The translations under genes were made by a program, and so were the position numbers. A stretch of 64,000 nucleotides of DNA from Azolla caroliniana (lineage: Eukaryota; Plantae; Polypodiophyta). A model generated the notes under the pieces. The model was not told the DNA's origin, did not search any database, and worked only from the letters and a program-made list of their open reading frames with translations. The stretch is taken from the NCBI GenBank assembly GCA_043228905.1, contig JBHGNT010000011.1:8804001-8868000 (forward strand). Direction: 5' to 3'. Shown here piece after piece: positions 1 through 12,094 of this stretch. Position 1 is the first letter of the stretch. Every line of letters begins with the position of its first letter.

Positions 1-1270
1 ACATCTGCGGATTGTAATTTCATAACATGAAAGTCAAGCTTCTCCAAATAAGTATCTATTTGAATTGGCAGTTGACAAACAATGCCACTGATGTATTGAA
101 CGTTTCCATTTGCCATGTGAACTTGATAGATATGATCACTTGCGTTTATGTGGAGCTCCATTTGCTGCACAAAGTGATCATTAAGAAAATTGTGAGAACT
201 ACCGGAATCAAACAAGAAATGTGCTTGTGTTCCATTGATATATCCGACTGCTCGGAGTAAATCATTAGATCCAAGTAAATGTGAAGGAAAAGTGCATTCA
301 CATAAACTTAAGTGATTGGTATGAACTTCAACAATATCAAAAGACTCACCTGTGTGACTCGTAGATTTGTCTTGAGGAGGGGTGTTCATTGACTTCCTCT
401 CAAGACGACGACAGGTATCCTTTGTGTGGCCCCGCTTCTTGCAATATGCACAGAAGAGGTTCGGTTTCTTTGAGTCGCGGTCAAGAGTGTCACTGGATTG
501 CTTACGTTTCCCAATGAACTTGACATTCGGAGTTTTGGTGAACTCAGGTTTATTGTGGTCTTTCTTGGAAGTCCTATGGTATCGCAGCACAATGTTGACG
601 GCTTCCTCGAAAGTTGTGGGGTCCTTGTCATGGACAATCCAATGATAATCCCCATTGGGAATACCATTCAAAAAACAAGCGACAAACCATTTCTCACCCG
701 TAAGTCCCGATTTTTGGATCTGGGTCCGAGCGTGATGCACATAATCCTCGAGAGAGGTAAATGGCTTACTAGACAATGTGAGCAAGTGTTGCGCTTGTTC
801 GGTTTGAGAAGGTGGCTGCAAGAATTGTTTCTTAAAAACATCAACGAAACCTTCCCAAGTTGTGGGTAAGTTTTTTGCGGTCCTTAGGCCACGCCACCAA
901 GCAGCAGCTCGGCCACCTAACTCACGACCGACATAACCAATTTTTACTGCATCGGGCTTGGGATGAAGCTCAAAGTGAGACTCCCAACTACCAAGCCAAG
1001 TGCTAATGGCCTCCTCGGTTCTTTCTTTCTTATCTCCCTTGAAAGGCGTGACTACGAAGGAAGGTTCACCTTCTTTCTTGGACTCAATAGTTAATTCTTG
1101 GAATTTCTTTTCCAATGCCATATTGGCCTGTCTCATTTCGGCCAATTGATTCAAGGTAGTAGTGAGCAATTGCTCAATAGTGATCTCAGCTTGTGTGCGA
1201 GATGCGGATTGGGGTTGAGAGGTCTCATTTGGAGAGATCGTTCCAACTGCGTTCAAAACTTGTTCCATGA
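1..1270 (-). pseudogene. gag: Degenerate gag and start of aspartic protease of G1
   Basis: CCHC knuckle (FCAYCKKRGHTKDTC near 410-460) and FLFDSGSSHNF protease motif near 190-220 on the minus strand; frameshifts present. Confidence 0.8.
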
Positions 1271-2264
1271 TGCATGCTGTGGGTATGCAATAAAATAAGG
1301 AGGTTCAGAAAATACACAAGCAAAATGAATGCTTGAAATTTTGATTGAAATAACTTTATCCAAGAAAGTATCTCATGTCTTTACCCCTCTAGACATATGA
1401 GATGTGATTCGAGATCCGATAACTATGGTAACACTATGGTGTTTTAAAAACTATGGGGGAAAACATAGCTAAGATGTATTTCTCGGATCTCTATCTTGAG
1501 TAATCATGGCGGCTCCCCGAGGCTCAACCATGGTTCTTACATCAATGAAATTTCCTAGATAGCCTTATATTAATGCCAACCCATCATGTATTATATGGTC
1601 GAGAAAGTGTATTACGTGAAAAAACAAGTGCACTCACAAGTAATATTCTAGTCTTGCGAGCAATAAGCAAACGTGATGATAAAATGATAAAATAAGGCAC
1701 TACTCATAAGAGTTAAGTAGTGACGAAAACAAGGGTAAAAAAAAAGAACCCATGTGTTACCTACGAAAAAAACAATGTCACAAATAAATGGGAAGTGCAA
1801 GGTATGCACTTATACATCCCAATATGATTGTTATAACTTGCACAATTGTGACATAAGCCACAAATTGATACAAGTGATGACGGTGTTGTGCGCAAAGATG
1901 TAATACTCAAATCCATGAGTAAAACATCAATAAGGGAACTCATATGGTTTTACTCGTTTTCTAAGGCTTGATGATAAGAGTTAAACCTAGATGACCCGTT
2001 GAAAAAAAAATCGTTCAACAAGCCACTCCATACGAAAAAAATAGTCTACACGTAAAGGTTACATTAAAAATAAACGATGTAAATACTTTATACATGAAAA
2101 GGAAGTGGAAAAAGGAGAGTTAATTGTGGGCGGGTAAATAATAATTACTAGAAAATCATATAAGTGAAACAATACTTATGAAATTAAAATTTAATTAGAA
2201 TAATCAACAATTAGGTGTATGGAATCAAACATGCCCTAAGATACGAAACCCTAGGGTAGTTGAC

Positions 2265-2660
2265 ATGCACCTCCTCAAGACCACCACATATCCCTAGAAT
2301 CGGCCAAGTAATGGCGAATTAAAGAGGAAAGTGGCATAGGTAAGTGACATACACCTCGTCAAGGCCACATCATCCCTTAGAATCGGCCAATTGATGGCTA
2401 ATTAAAAAGGAAAGTGGCATATGTAAGCTACATATACCTTGTCAAGGCCACAACATCCCATAGAATCGGCCAATTGATGGCTAGTTAAAAAGGAAAGTGG
2501 CATATGTAAGCTACATATACCTTGTCAAGGCCACAACATCCCATAGAATCGGCCAATTGATGGCTTAATAGAGAGTAGAGTGGCATAGGTAGGCAACATA
2601 CACCTCGTCAAGGCCACATCATCCCTTAGAATCGGCCAAGTGATGGCTCAATAGAGGGGA
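2265..2660. repeat. ~60-bp tandem repeat (about 6 units) in the G1 5' UTR
   Basis: Recurrent 'tcaaggccaca.catccc.tagaatcggccaa.tgatggct...aagtggcata'. A homologous shorter array lies at ~56900-57140. Confidence 0.85.
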
Positions 2661-3105
2661 AGAGTGGTATACTCAACATCATATGCAAAACGGCCATGAG
2701 ATAAGCGTGTGCGATTAGAGCAAACACGCTCGACCCAATGCACAAGAATAATTATTATCGTAAGAGTTCAAGAGAGGAGAGAGTGGGATATATATCGCAA
2801 TATGCAAAAGGCCATGAGTTGAGCGTGTGCGATTAGTTCAAACACGCTCGGCCCGATGCATAATAATAAGTAAAATCGTAGCGTAGTAGGAGGTAGAAAG
2901 AAAGAGAATAAAACGTAATACCAATTTGATTCAACCATAAAGAACGCATAATAGAAAAAGAGAAGAGATAAAAAAAGAAGAATACCGGGTTTAGAGTGTT
3001 GTTTTGATCCTGAGAAGAGCATGACGAGCCTTGTTAGATCCCCCTCGCTCACACGCAAAAAACATCAAAAAACAAAAAAATTGTTAGTAAAAGCTCTGAT
3101 ACCAC

Positions 3106-3576
3106 TGTTAAGAGTCTATTACTAATCAATAGACCAAATCAAGTAAAAAGGAAGAAAATAGATTGGATAGAAGAACCCGTTCCACCCGACCACCCCCGAG
3201 CTATGATCTAGACATAGCCAACCTACCATCGACGTCCCATACCGCCGGATATTAGGATGACTAATACCTTGGAAGAGATAAACACGATCGTCGAGACGAA
3301 AGCCTAGCCCGCACCACCGGTGTCTACGACAGCAGCCTTCCGACGTGATTCCTATGAGGGTAGCTAAGCCTCATATTTATACCTTTTCCTAGGCCCCTTG
3401 AATAGATGTGCCTTTCTAAAAGGCTCTCTATTCATTGGTTGTCTAAATCATGATAGTGCATGCACATATCATTCATTCTATCCAATCATTAGTCCCCTTT
3501 TTAATAATAGTGAACATACCCTTCACTAATGTAAATATTAGTGACCTACCCTCACCAACGTTATGTGTACATAACA
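3106..3576 (-). repeat. 5' LTR of G1 (471 bp)
   Basis: Ends TGTTATGTAC...CTCTTAACA on the minus strand, directly followed by an iMet PBS. Confidence 0.92.
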
Positions 3577-5084
3577 GATCGCCAGTAAGGAAGCAACTCC
3601 ATTGTATGCGGAAAGCATCAACATGTTGGAGGGATTACCGGACGAGGAAGTTGAGCGGTACCTCGAGGAACACCCACGAATCGTCCCACTATTTGAGGTG
3701 GATATCACGACGGCAGTAGAACCGTACATTACGACGCCGGACGAACCAGACCAAGTGGCGATCCGGGAACTGCGATAAGCGCAGGAATCCCTAGAGAGGG
3801 AAATGACGATATCCCAGAGGGTAAAAGCATCCCAACTAGAGGAGGTGGACCTCGGCACAACAGACAAGCCCCGACCGGTAAATGTCGCAAAGGAATTGCC
3901 GAAGGAAGAAAAGAAGGCAATGATAGCATTATTAACAGAATTCAAGGATGTGTTCGCGTGGTCGTACGAAGACATGCGAGGGCTGGACCCCCAGCTCTAT
4001 CAGCACCAAATTCACCTAAGTACGGACGCGAAACCGATCGCTCAACGCAGGTATCGGATGAATCCGAATTATGCGGCGAAGGTGAAGGAGGAGATTGATA
4101 AGCTCCTTCGGGTCGGATTTATCCGACCGGTCAAGCAGGCAACCTGGCTGAGTCCGATAGTGGTGGTCCCGAAAAAGAACGGCAAAATCCGGGTATGCGT
4201 GGACTACCGAAAACTAAATGCCGCAACAGTGACCGATGCGTTTCCACTACCATTTACGGACGGGGTGTTAGATGCGGTAGCCGGCCACGAAGTTTACAGC
4301 TTCCTGGATGGATTTAGCGGCTACAACCAAATACGAATGAACCCGACCGACCAAGAGAAGACAGCGTTCGTTACGGAATGGGGAGTGTTCGTCGCGGTCG
4401 TGATGATGTTCGGACTAAAGACGGCTCCAACGACCTTTCAAAGGATAATAATGGAAATTTTCGGGGAATATATCCCCGGTTTTATGCAGGTCTTCCTTGA
4501 CGATTTCACGGTCTACAGCCGGCACGGAGAGCATCTCGATCACCTCCGGCTGTGCTTGGAGAAGTGCCGCGAGTACCGGTTGAGTCTGAACCCGGCAAAG
4601 TGCGTCTTTGGAGTGGCAAACGACAACTTACTAGGGCACGTGGTGAGTAAGGAAGGAATCACGGTAGATCCGGATAAAGTCAAGGCGATTCTCGAGGCAC
4701 CAGCACCAAATAACGCAAAGGCTTTAAGCCGGTTCCTCGGCCAAATAAGGTGGCATAGCCGGATGATACGGTGTCGTGTGAATCTTCACACACTATGTAA
4801 AAAAATAATGAAATAATTATTATAGATTAGATTAGTATCTTACTATAGAAAGATGGATATACTCAAGAGCTTCAAAACGTATTTTACTATATACAAAATG
4901 GAGAAATACATATCAAGTTATGTGAAAATAAAGTTTGAGAAGATAGGAAAATTAAAACTATCCCACATAGATAGGAAACTTAAGGCCCTGGCTATATAAG
5001 CACCTTGAGCTCCCTCATTCTTCATTTGTGCTAAGAGCACTTTGGCCATTTTGTCTTGATGGATGATGGTGGCCAAATTCCTTA

Positions 5085-5450
5085 AAACCGGAAATCGGCC
5101 GGTAAGCAAAACCGGAACGGGAACGGGTATGCAAACCGGAAACCGGCCGGCAAGCAAAACCGAAAACCGGCCGGTAAGCAAAACTGGAACCGGAATCGGC
5201 AAGCAAACCGGAACCGGCCGGCAAGCAAAACCGGAACCGGAACCGGCAAGCAAACCGGAACCGGCTGGCAAGCAAAACCGGAAACCGGTCGACAAGCAAA
5301 ACCGGAAACGGAACCGGCCGGCAAGCAAAACCGGAACCGGAACCGGTCGGCAAGCAAACCGGAACCGGAACCGGCAAGCAAACCGGAACCGGTCGGCAAG
5401 CAAAATCGGAACCGGAACCGACCGGCAAGCAAAATGGAACCGGCTACCGG
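5085..5450. repeat. CCGG-rich minisatellite (GGCAAGCAAAACCGGAACC units) inside H
   Basis: More than 10 recurrences of ggcaagcaaa(a)ccgg. Confidence 0.9.
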
Positions 5451-5769
5451 ACGATGTTGGACGCGGACGGACGAAAGATTGGATCATGCAACAAACTAAG
5501 TAAAGTGAAGAGAACTAAAGTAAAGGCCATGTGGACGCAAGCTACTAAAGAAGGGAGTGCATGGAAAAAGTAAAGGTCATGTGGACAGTCACATGCAACC
5601 AAAAGAAAAAGCTAGGCAACTAAAAGTAGAGGCCATGCAACAAAAAGTGAAAAGGCTATGATAAAGAGAGAACTCCATTTTTATTCCATTTTTTTTTTCC
5701 TACACTAGAATAGACTCTCCATATTATCTTAATTTTTCTTGTCCTTCTCAACTCTCTTATCTTAGGGAA

Positions 5770-5910
5770 GCGATAACACTCAAAAACCCTAAAATTCCCT
5801 ACGGAAGCCATAACACTCAAAAACCCTAATCTTCCCTACGGAAGCCATAATACTCGTATAACCTAATCCTAATCTTCCCTACGGAAGCCATATCTACCAA
5901 AACCCCTAAT
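5770..5910. repeat. Short tandem repeat (ccctacggaagccata / aaaaaccctaa, about 3 units) inside H
   Basis: Direct repeats visible in the sequence. Confidence 0.75.
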
Positions 5911-8436
5911 TTTTCTTTTCTATTAATCTTAGTAAACCTAAAACTTCTAAATCCCAATCTTGGGACATATTGTAATTTCCTTTTCCTTTCTTAATGAAAA
6001 TTATTAAATTTCTTCTTTCCGTTATTTGTTAAAAATATAAACGCACGAATGTGATTATCCTCTGGTCGGAGGCCCCAGGGTCCTGCCTCAAGTTCACGTA
6101 TCCTTGTCGTATTTTCGCGACAACGGCACCTCGCAGACTTCGCTACACCATTACATACCACCGTACACAGGGTACCCTTCCTATGGGCGGAGACGGAGGA
6201 GGAAGCCTACCAAGCGTTGAAGGTTATGCTGTCGCAAGCTCCGGTGGTGCAACCGCCGGATTGGAGTAAAAGCTTTCACGTCTTCGTCGACGCGTCGGAC
6301 GTAGCAATCGGCAGCGTTCTGATGCAACTCACGGAGCCGAAATGGTACCGACCGGTGTGCTACGCAAGCCAGAAACTCTCAAAAGCCAAACGGAACTACT
6401 CTACGACGGAACGCGAGGCATTAGGAATGGTGTATAGTGTCACAAAGTACAGGCACTATCTGCCCGGAAGGAAGCTTTCCTTCCATGTCGACCATTCGGC
6501 ACTACTCTACCTGGTCTCGAAGGCATCCCTGACGGGAAAAATTGCACGATGGACACTGCTGTTACAGGAATTTGAATTCGACATTTTCCACCGACCCGGG
6601 GCGCAGCATGCGGTAGCGGACTACCTAAGCAGACTCGAATCCGGAGAAGCAGGGGACGGCGTCCAGGATGAGTTCCCTGACGCCGAGTTGTTCCGGATCA
6701 CGACGAAACCGGCAACGGATGCAACGGTAGCCGATGAAGACACGTGGCTAACTGAGATGCATCAGTTCCTAAGCACTGGAATACCCTCGGAGAACATGGA
6801 CTGCGATGAAAGGAAAAGGGTAGCAGTAAGAAGCAGACATTTCTGCTTGGTTGGAGACACCCTCTATCACAAGGGGGCAGATGGCATCTGGAGACGAGCA
6901 GTGCGGAGCGATGAGAAGGATTTAATCCTCAGGGAAGCCCACTGTGGAATTGCCGGCGGGCATTATGCCGGCGACGCAACCGCTCGGAAAATATGGCAGA
7001 GCGGACTGTGGTGGCCCACCACCCTAAAAGATGCCATGAAGTATAGCAGAGAATGCGATTTGTGTCAACGACTGGGCCAACCCACGGAGCAGGCCCGAAT
7101 GCCACACCACCCGGTCTTGCCATTGGAACCGTTTCAAAAGTGGGGTTTGGACTTTGTCGGTCCCTTCAAGCCACCGGCAATGCGAACTGGAAATCGGTAT
7201 GTCATAGTGGCGACCGACTATTGCACCAAATGGGTAGAAGCAAAGGCGTTACGGGACAACACGGCCGCGTCCACGGCAAAGTTTCTGTACGAGTGCATAT
7301 GGTGCCGGTATGGATGCCCGATCGAGCTTATAAGTGACCAAGGAGGACATTTTCTCGGGCAGGTAGTAGAAAGCCTGACGTCATTTTATGTGGTGGTACA
7401 TAAAAGGAGTACTCCCTACTACCCTCAAGCCAGTGGACTAGCGGAATCAACGAACAAAACTCTACAGAACATCCTACGAAAAATCGTCAACGAGAACCGG
7501 ACCGACTGGGATACGAAATTGCAATGCGTGCTATGGGCGTACCGAACAACGTACAAAACCAGCATCCGGACAACCCCGTTCCGACTAGCATTCGGTTTAG
7601 AAGCGGTCATGCTGGTAGAGTTCCAGATCCCCGGCTTACGGATCCAGGTAAAGGAGCGCTTAAGTGAGAAGGAGTCCGAACGAATCCGGCTGGCGACGTT
7701 GTTGGAATTAGAAGAAAACCGAATAGCCAGCTTACTACAACTCGAACTGGAGCAAAGGAGGAGAAAAGCTTTTGTGGACCGACACCGGTGTGGCAACGAA
7801 AAGGAGTTCGAAGTCGGGAAACCGGTGCTACTATTCCAGACACGGATGGGGAACATGCCGGGAAAGTTGCGGTTTCGGTGGACCGGACCGTTCTGGATCA
7901 CCAAGGAGTACAATGGGTCGTATCAGCACGGCACGTTGTCTGGAGATGTCATCAGTAAGTGGGCAAATGGGTTTCGGCTAAAGCCGTATAAGGGAAATAT
8001 GCCAGCCAACCCGTTCAAGCAAAACCCGGAAATCCGGCAAGATGAGGAACCGACACCGACAGACGCCGCTGAAGATATCCGAACCGAGGGAGAACCGACA
8101 CCGACAGACGCTGCTGCAGATATCCGGATCGAGGAAGAACCGACACCGATACTGACAAAGACTATCCTGGAAAACTGACAGAAGGATTCGGTATCAGCGC
8201 GAACCAACCCGAACAATTCGGGGGGGACCAGAAAATGACGTGGTCCAAACAAACAGAAGAAAAAAATAAAAAAAAATAAAAAAAATCATAGTAGTGATGG
8301 GGAGATTACAAGAGGTGGGAGCGCCACCATGCAACGAAGAGGCGCCATGCAGTAAAGAAGGACGTCCGCGTACTTGCTATTTAAAGCATGGAACGTGGGC
8401 ACTCACACGCGGCAAGCAAGAAAGGACATACTAATT

Positions 8437-11400
8437 ATGGCGGGAGATGAACATGCGCGGGAAACGAAAAAGGGCGGCTCGAGGCAAAAGCCACTATATA
8501 AGACACAGGCCTGCGAAGGACTTACTTTTTACAAATTTTCCTACACACAGGCGCAGAAGCACAGAAGAGCGATCCGACGCACAGTGCACATACAGCCCGA
8601 TCCCGAACAACAGACAACAAAAGAAGAAGTCGAACCAATGGCACTATCGAAGGAGGCACGCCAATGGATGAGGGAGAACGGGTTAAAAGGATTACTGCGG
8701 ATCGCCGACGCTCCACCACACGCAGAACCAGAGCAGGCGGCAGCATCGATCGATATATCAGAAGTCACGGAAGGAGCGGTGCAGGCGCTCACGGGGACCA
8801 AAGCAGGAGGACTTCAGACAATCGAAAACCCTTCCAGTGAAATCCTGTTCGAATATTTCGGGGAATACTCTATCAGCAGCAAGGCGTACCGAACGCAGGG
8901 CGGAGAGAACTTGCTGTTCGGAGAAGTGGCCCGCGCTATGATGGAATACGGATTCGTGAATCCCCGTCCCCCAGCCATAGCCAAGTACCGGGCAACGTTC
9001 TTAATAGCAGCGTACGAGGGCTTACAAATAGACTGGCTCCATTTCATAACCGAAGGATTGAAGGAGGCCATCAGAAATCTTGTGGAAGGAAAAAAGCCAT
9101 GGGCCGGGATAGCACAATGGCTAACGGTGTTAGTCCCACCGGTGCTCCCCATCACACAAAAGAGAAGAGGTCGGCAGGAGACGACGCCGAAAAAGGTCAC
9201 AAAGCGCCGACATATCCTGGAGAAACACACCCCCGGATGGACCTAGGAAGAAGCAGAACAGCGGGGGGAAGGACCATCCCGACAGCAACAGGAACCGTCA
9301 ACAAAGGCAAAACCGGTAGGAAAAGGCAAAGGGAAATCGGCCGAGGAGGAACCGATAGCGCTCAAACTAATCAATATAACGCTGCGACGGCTGGAACCGG
9401 AACCATAGGTCTTTAGACAAAAGGTCCGTCTGGTAGCCGCACCGGAGGAGGAAGCTGAAACAGAAGACTCATCCGAACCACTGGTAAGACTCCCAGCAAG
9501 ACAAGGTTGGGAGAGACGGGCGAAAGGACCGGCTCCACCAGTTGACAAAACTCAGCAGAGGGCGCAAGGACCACCTCCAGTAGCCGAGGCGGAAGCAGTA
9601 CCGGAACCCGTACCGAGGGAAGCAGCACCGTTACCGGTTTTGCCGGACTTCAGAGAACCGGTCATCCCAGAGAAGAGGAATGAACAAGCGTCGGAGCCAG
9701 AGAAAAGGCCGGAAAAACAGCCTGAGTTAAGGAGTAGAAGTGAGCAAGGCTACCCCGACACAGGAAGCACAAAGCCACAATGGCTGAGATGGCATTCGGA
9801 GCAGTTATCGGGAGTATCGGACCAGTTAGAGGAAGAAGAAACGTGTAGGCAACATCTGACACATACAACAACCCAGGAGTTGGTCGCGCTCCGAAAACAG
9901 ATCGAGGAATTGCAAGGGGAGCTGTTGCAGGCAAGGGAAGGAATTCAACAAGCACAAGCTGTCACCGAGCCGGTCGGGACAACAAGGAAGCAACCAGAAC
10001 TGGAACCGGAACCGGTAGCCTTGCAAACCGGCCCTGAGACCGTAAATATAATAGAAACCTTACGAGAGGAGTTAAAAGCTCAGGAGGCATTAAGGGAAAA
10101 AGAAAGGGAGCAACGGAAAGCGGTGGAGGACGACAGACGAAGAATGGAAGAAGGCCTCCGGAAAGGCCGAGCCACTAATGACCGACTGCAAGAAGAAAAA
10201 GAAAAGCTGCAAAAGGAGAAGGACCGACTGCGTCGATAGGCCGAGCAGGATATAGAGCGACTGCAGGAAGAACTCCGACAACAGAAGGACCGGGACGACC
10301 GGTTAAGAGCTCTGGTAAGCCGACGCCTGAAGCAGAAGACGGAGGACTTCGACCGACTCTACCGAGATCACAAGCAGGCTGAGTCGGACAACAAGAAACG
10401 GGCAGCAGACTACGACCGGCAAATAGAGAAGCTGAAAGAACAACTCAAAGAGACCCGATTAGACCTGGCTAAGACAATGGATGAGGTCAGTGCCAACAAG
10501 GAAGCATTGTCGGCGGAAATAACCCAAGCGACGGAGAGAAGGAAGGAATTAGAGGCGCTAAGGCGGGAAAAGCTGGATCTGACCAAGATCAGGAATGAAG
10601 AAAAGGAAAGATCGACCTTCACGATCAACAAACTGCAAAGTACCTATGAAAAGAAGAACGCGGATTACGAGGCCCAGGCTCAGATAATGGCCGACATTAT
10701 AAAACGGGCAAGGAAGGAAAAGCAAGAAGCTTATGCGCATGCTAAGGCGGGGGTTGACCGGATCAAGCTCATCATGTCAGGTTGGAGTACCTGAGCTCAG
10801 GCAAGGATCAACGAAAGTACGGAAAAGCTATGGAAGGAGTGGTCACAACAGGCAGCCGAGCTGCAGACACTCCGAGCTGATGCCGAGAATCGGAGGAAGA
10901 CCGGTGACAAGTTCTACAAGATGGATGAAGAAAGTATCGTCGCCATTCGGGAAGAATTGTCAGAGGATTTCTACGCTTTAGTGGAAGAACATCTCAAAGA
11001 AATCCGAGGGTTGGTAGAGAGGTTGGATGACGGGCAGCTCGCAACTCAGTTGGAGTTGGAGAAATACGAGTAGGACCGGTTACGATAGGAAGCCAAGGGA
11101 AGAACGACGCCAATCACTATAAGTGAGGGAGAACGACCGGCTGAAGTTGAACCAACCGACACCGAACAACCCCGACAAGGAATACCCGAAGAAGAACTTC
11201 CATTTGAAGGAAATCAAGAAGAGCAGGAGCAGACCGATGCCGGAGAAGAAGAAGAGCTGAGACCGGAAGACACCAGAGCAGAGGAAGAAGGCGCACCGAG
11301 CCGACCAGTCGAGACCGGAGAAAGCGATACTGGTAACAGAACAGAGCCTGGAACGGAGGGAGAACAGGAAGAACCCAAACGGAGCAGTGAGGAAGCACCG

Positions 11401-11559
11401 GCACCACAGAATCAAGCAGAGCCGGAGCAGCAAATTTTTACGGAACAGCCAACCCAACCGGAGGTCGGAGACTAGGCAGGCAAGGAACAGGAATTGGAGG
11501 AAGAAGCACCACTTGACACCATCGAGCAGAGTGTGCTCGATATTTTGGAGGAAGAATGA
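8437..11559 (+). pseudogene. A1 extra 3' ORF (~1040 aa; globular N-terminal part, long coiled-coil, acidic tail), interrupted by in-frame stops
   Basis: ORFs 8374-9246, 9640-10239 and 10477-10794 share one frame ending LDILEEE*. Homologues occur in A2 and A3. Confidence 0.8.
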
Positions 11560-11609
11560 GGCTGGGAGTGGATTCGAAGTGCAAGGCACTTTCCCACGGG
11601 CGTGCCATG

Positions 11610-12000
11610 TGTTGACCGGTCAGAAGAGCAAGGACAAGCGGGAAGGCGGAGTCGGATCGGATAATAGGAAGTAAATAATAGTATAATTATTATTCGGAGG
11701 GACGGATCCGGTACAGTTGTACCGATCCGGATCCGGACCGATTCGGATGCCGGTTGCCTAAGCGCACCGATTGTAACCTTGTCGGATGCCTATAAAAGGA
11801 TCCGATGATTTGTAAAGGTTTTGACGGAAGTAATACAAAAGTAATTATTGCGTGTTTATCTGTATCTTCGTATTGTTTTACCGTCTGTGCTTAATTGTAA
11901 TCATCTTACGCGTGTAACCTAGCATCCAATCCTTACCACCCCTTTGGAGAAGTGTCGGATAGACACCTGTGTTGACACTAGTCTGGCCAGGCAGACAACA
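11610..12000 (+). repeat. 3' LTR of A1 (391 bp)
   Basis: TGTTGACCGG...GCAGACAACA; TATAAAA near 11792; matches the A2 LTRs. Confidence 0.92.
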
Positions 12001-12094
12001 TTCTTAGCTTCTTCTTTCTCATCCTTTCTTGTTCTCTAGTATTGATGTATATTCCAGATTTCTCTGGAACATTCTAGAAACTTTAGGAGTATGG

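Larger units (their letters stand above)
1..3576 (-). mobile_element. Chromovirus-type Ty3/gypsy element G1, 5' part (LTR, PBS, long 5' UTR, degenerate gag/protease); continues off the left edge; inserted in pol of A1
   Basis: LTR 3106..3576 matches the LTRs at 33248 and 61791. PBS gtggtatcagagc at 3093..3105 (minus). Bases 1..1270 are the reverse-complement homologue of gag/protease at 58174..59330. A1 pol resumes at 3577. Confidence 0.9.
4772..6122. mobile_element. Orphan insert H, probably a solo LTR (1351 bp), with 4-bp TSD ACGG
   Basis: Termini TGTCGTGTGAAT...ATTTTCGCGACA form an imperfect inverted repeat. ACGG at 4768-4771 and 6123-6126. No recognisable coding domain. Confidence 0.8.
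3577..8178 (+). pseudogene. pol: A1 pol (RT, RNase H, integrase), split by the insert at 4772..6122
   Basis: RT motifs WLSPIVVVPKK, CVDYRKLN, FLDGFSGYNQI, FLDD. RH motifs FVDAS, YSTTEREAL, HAVADYLSR. IN motifs H-X6-H...CDLC, DFVGP, SDQG, GPF. Reading RMIR|HLADFATP is rejoined across the insert. Confidence 0.92.
3577..12000 (+). mobile_element. Non-chromovirus Ty3/gypsy element A1 (Athila/Phygy-like), 3' part: pol, extra ORF, 3' LTR
   Basis: RT-RH-IN order with no chromodomain and no extra RNase H. The 3' LTR at 11610..12000 is nearly identical to the A2 LTR (51344..51732). Confidence 0.9.

Noticed and set aside
1-3576. Large inverted duplication with 33248-34030 and 56776-59330
   Set aside because: These are two independent insertions of family G in opposite orientation with different flanks.
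4918-5503. Overlapping ORFs of 116-189 aa on both strands
   Set aside because: They arise from a stop-free CCGG minisatellite; low-complexity translations with no domain.
8437-11559. env gene or captured host gene
   Set aside because: No signal peptide or clear transmembrane segment is visible. It occurs at the same place in three family copies, so it is element-encoded with unassigned function.
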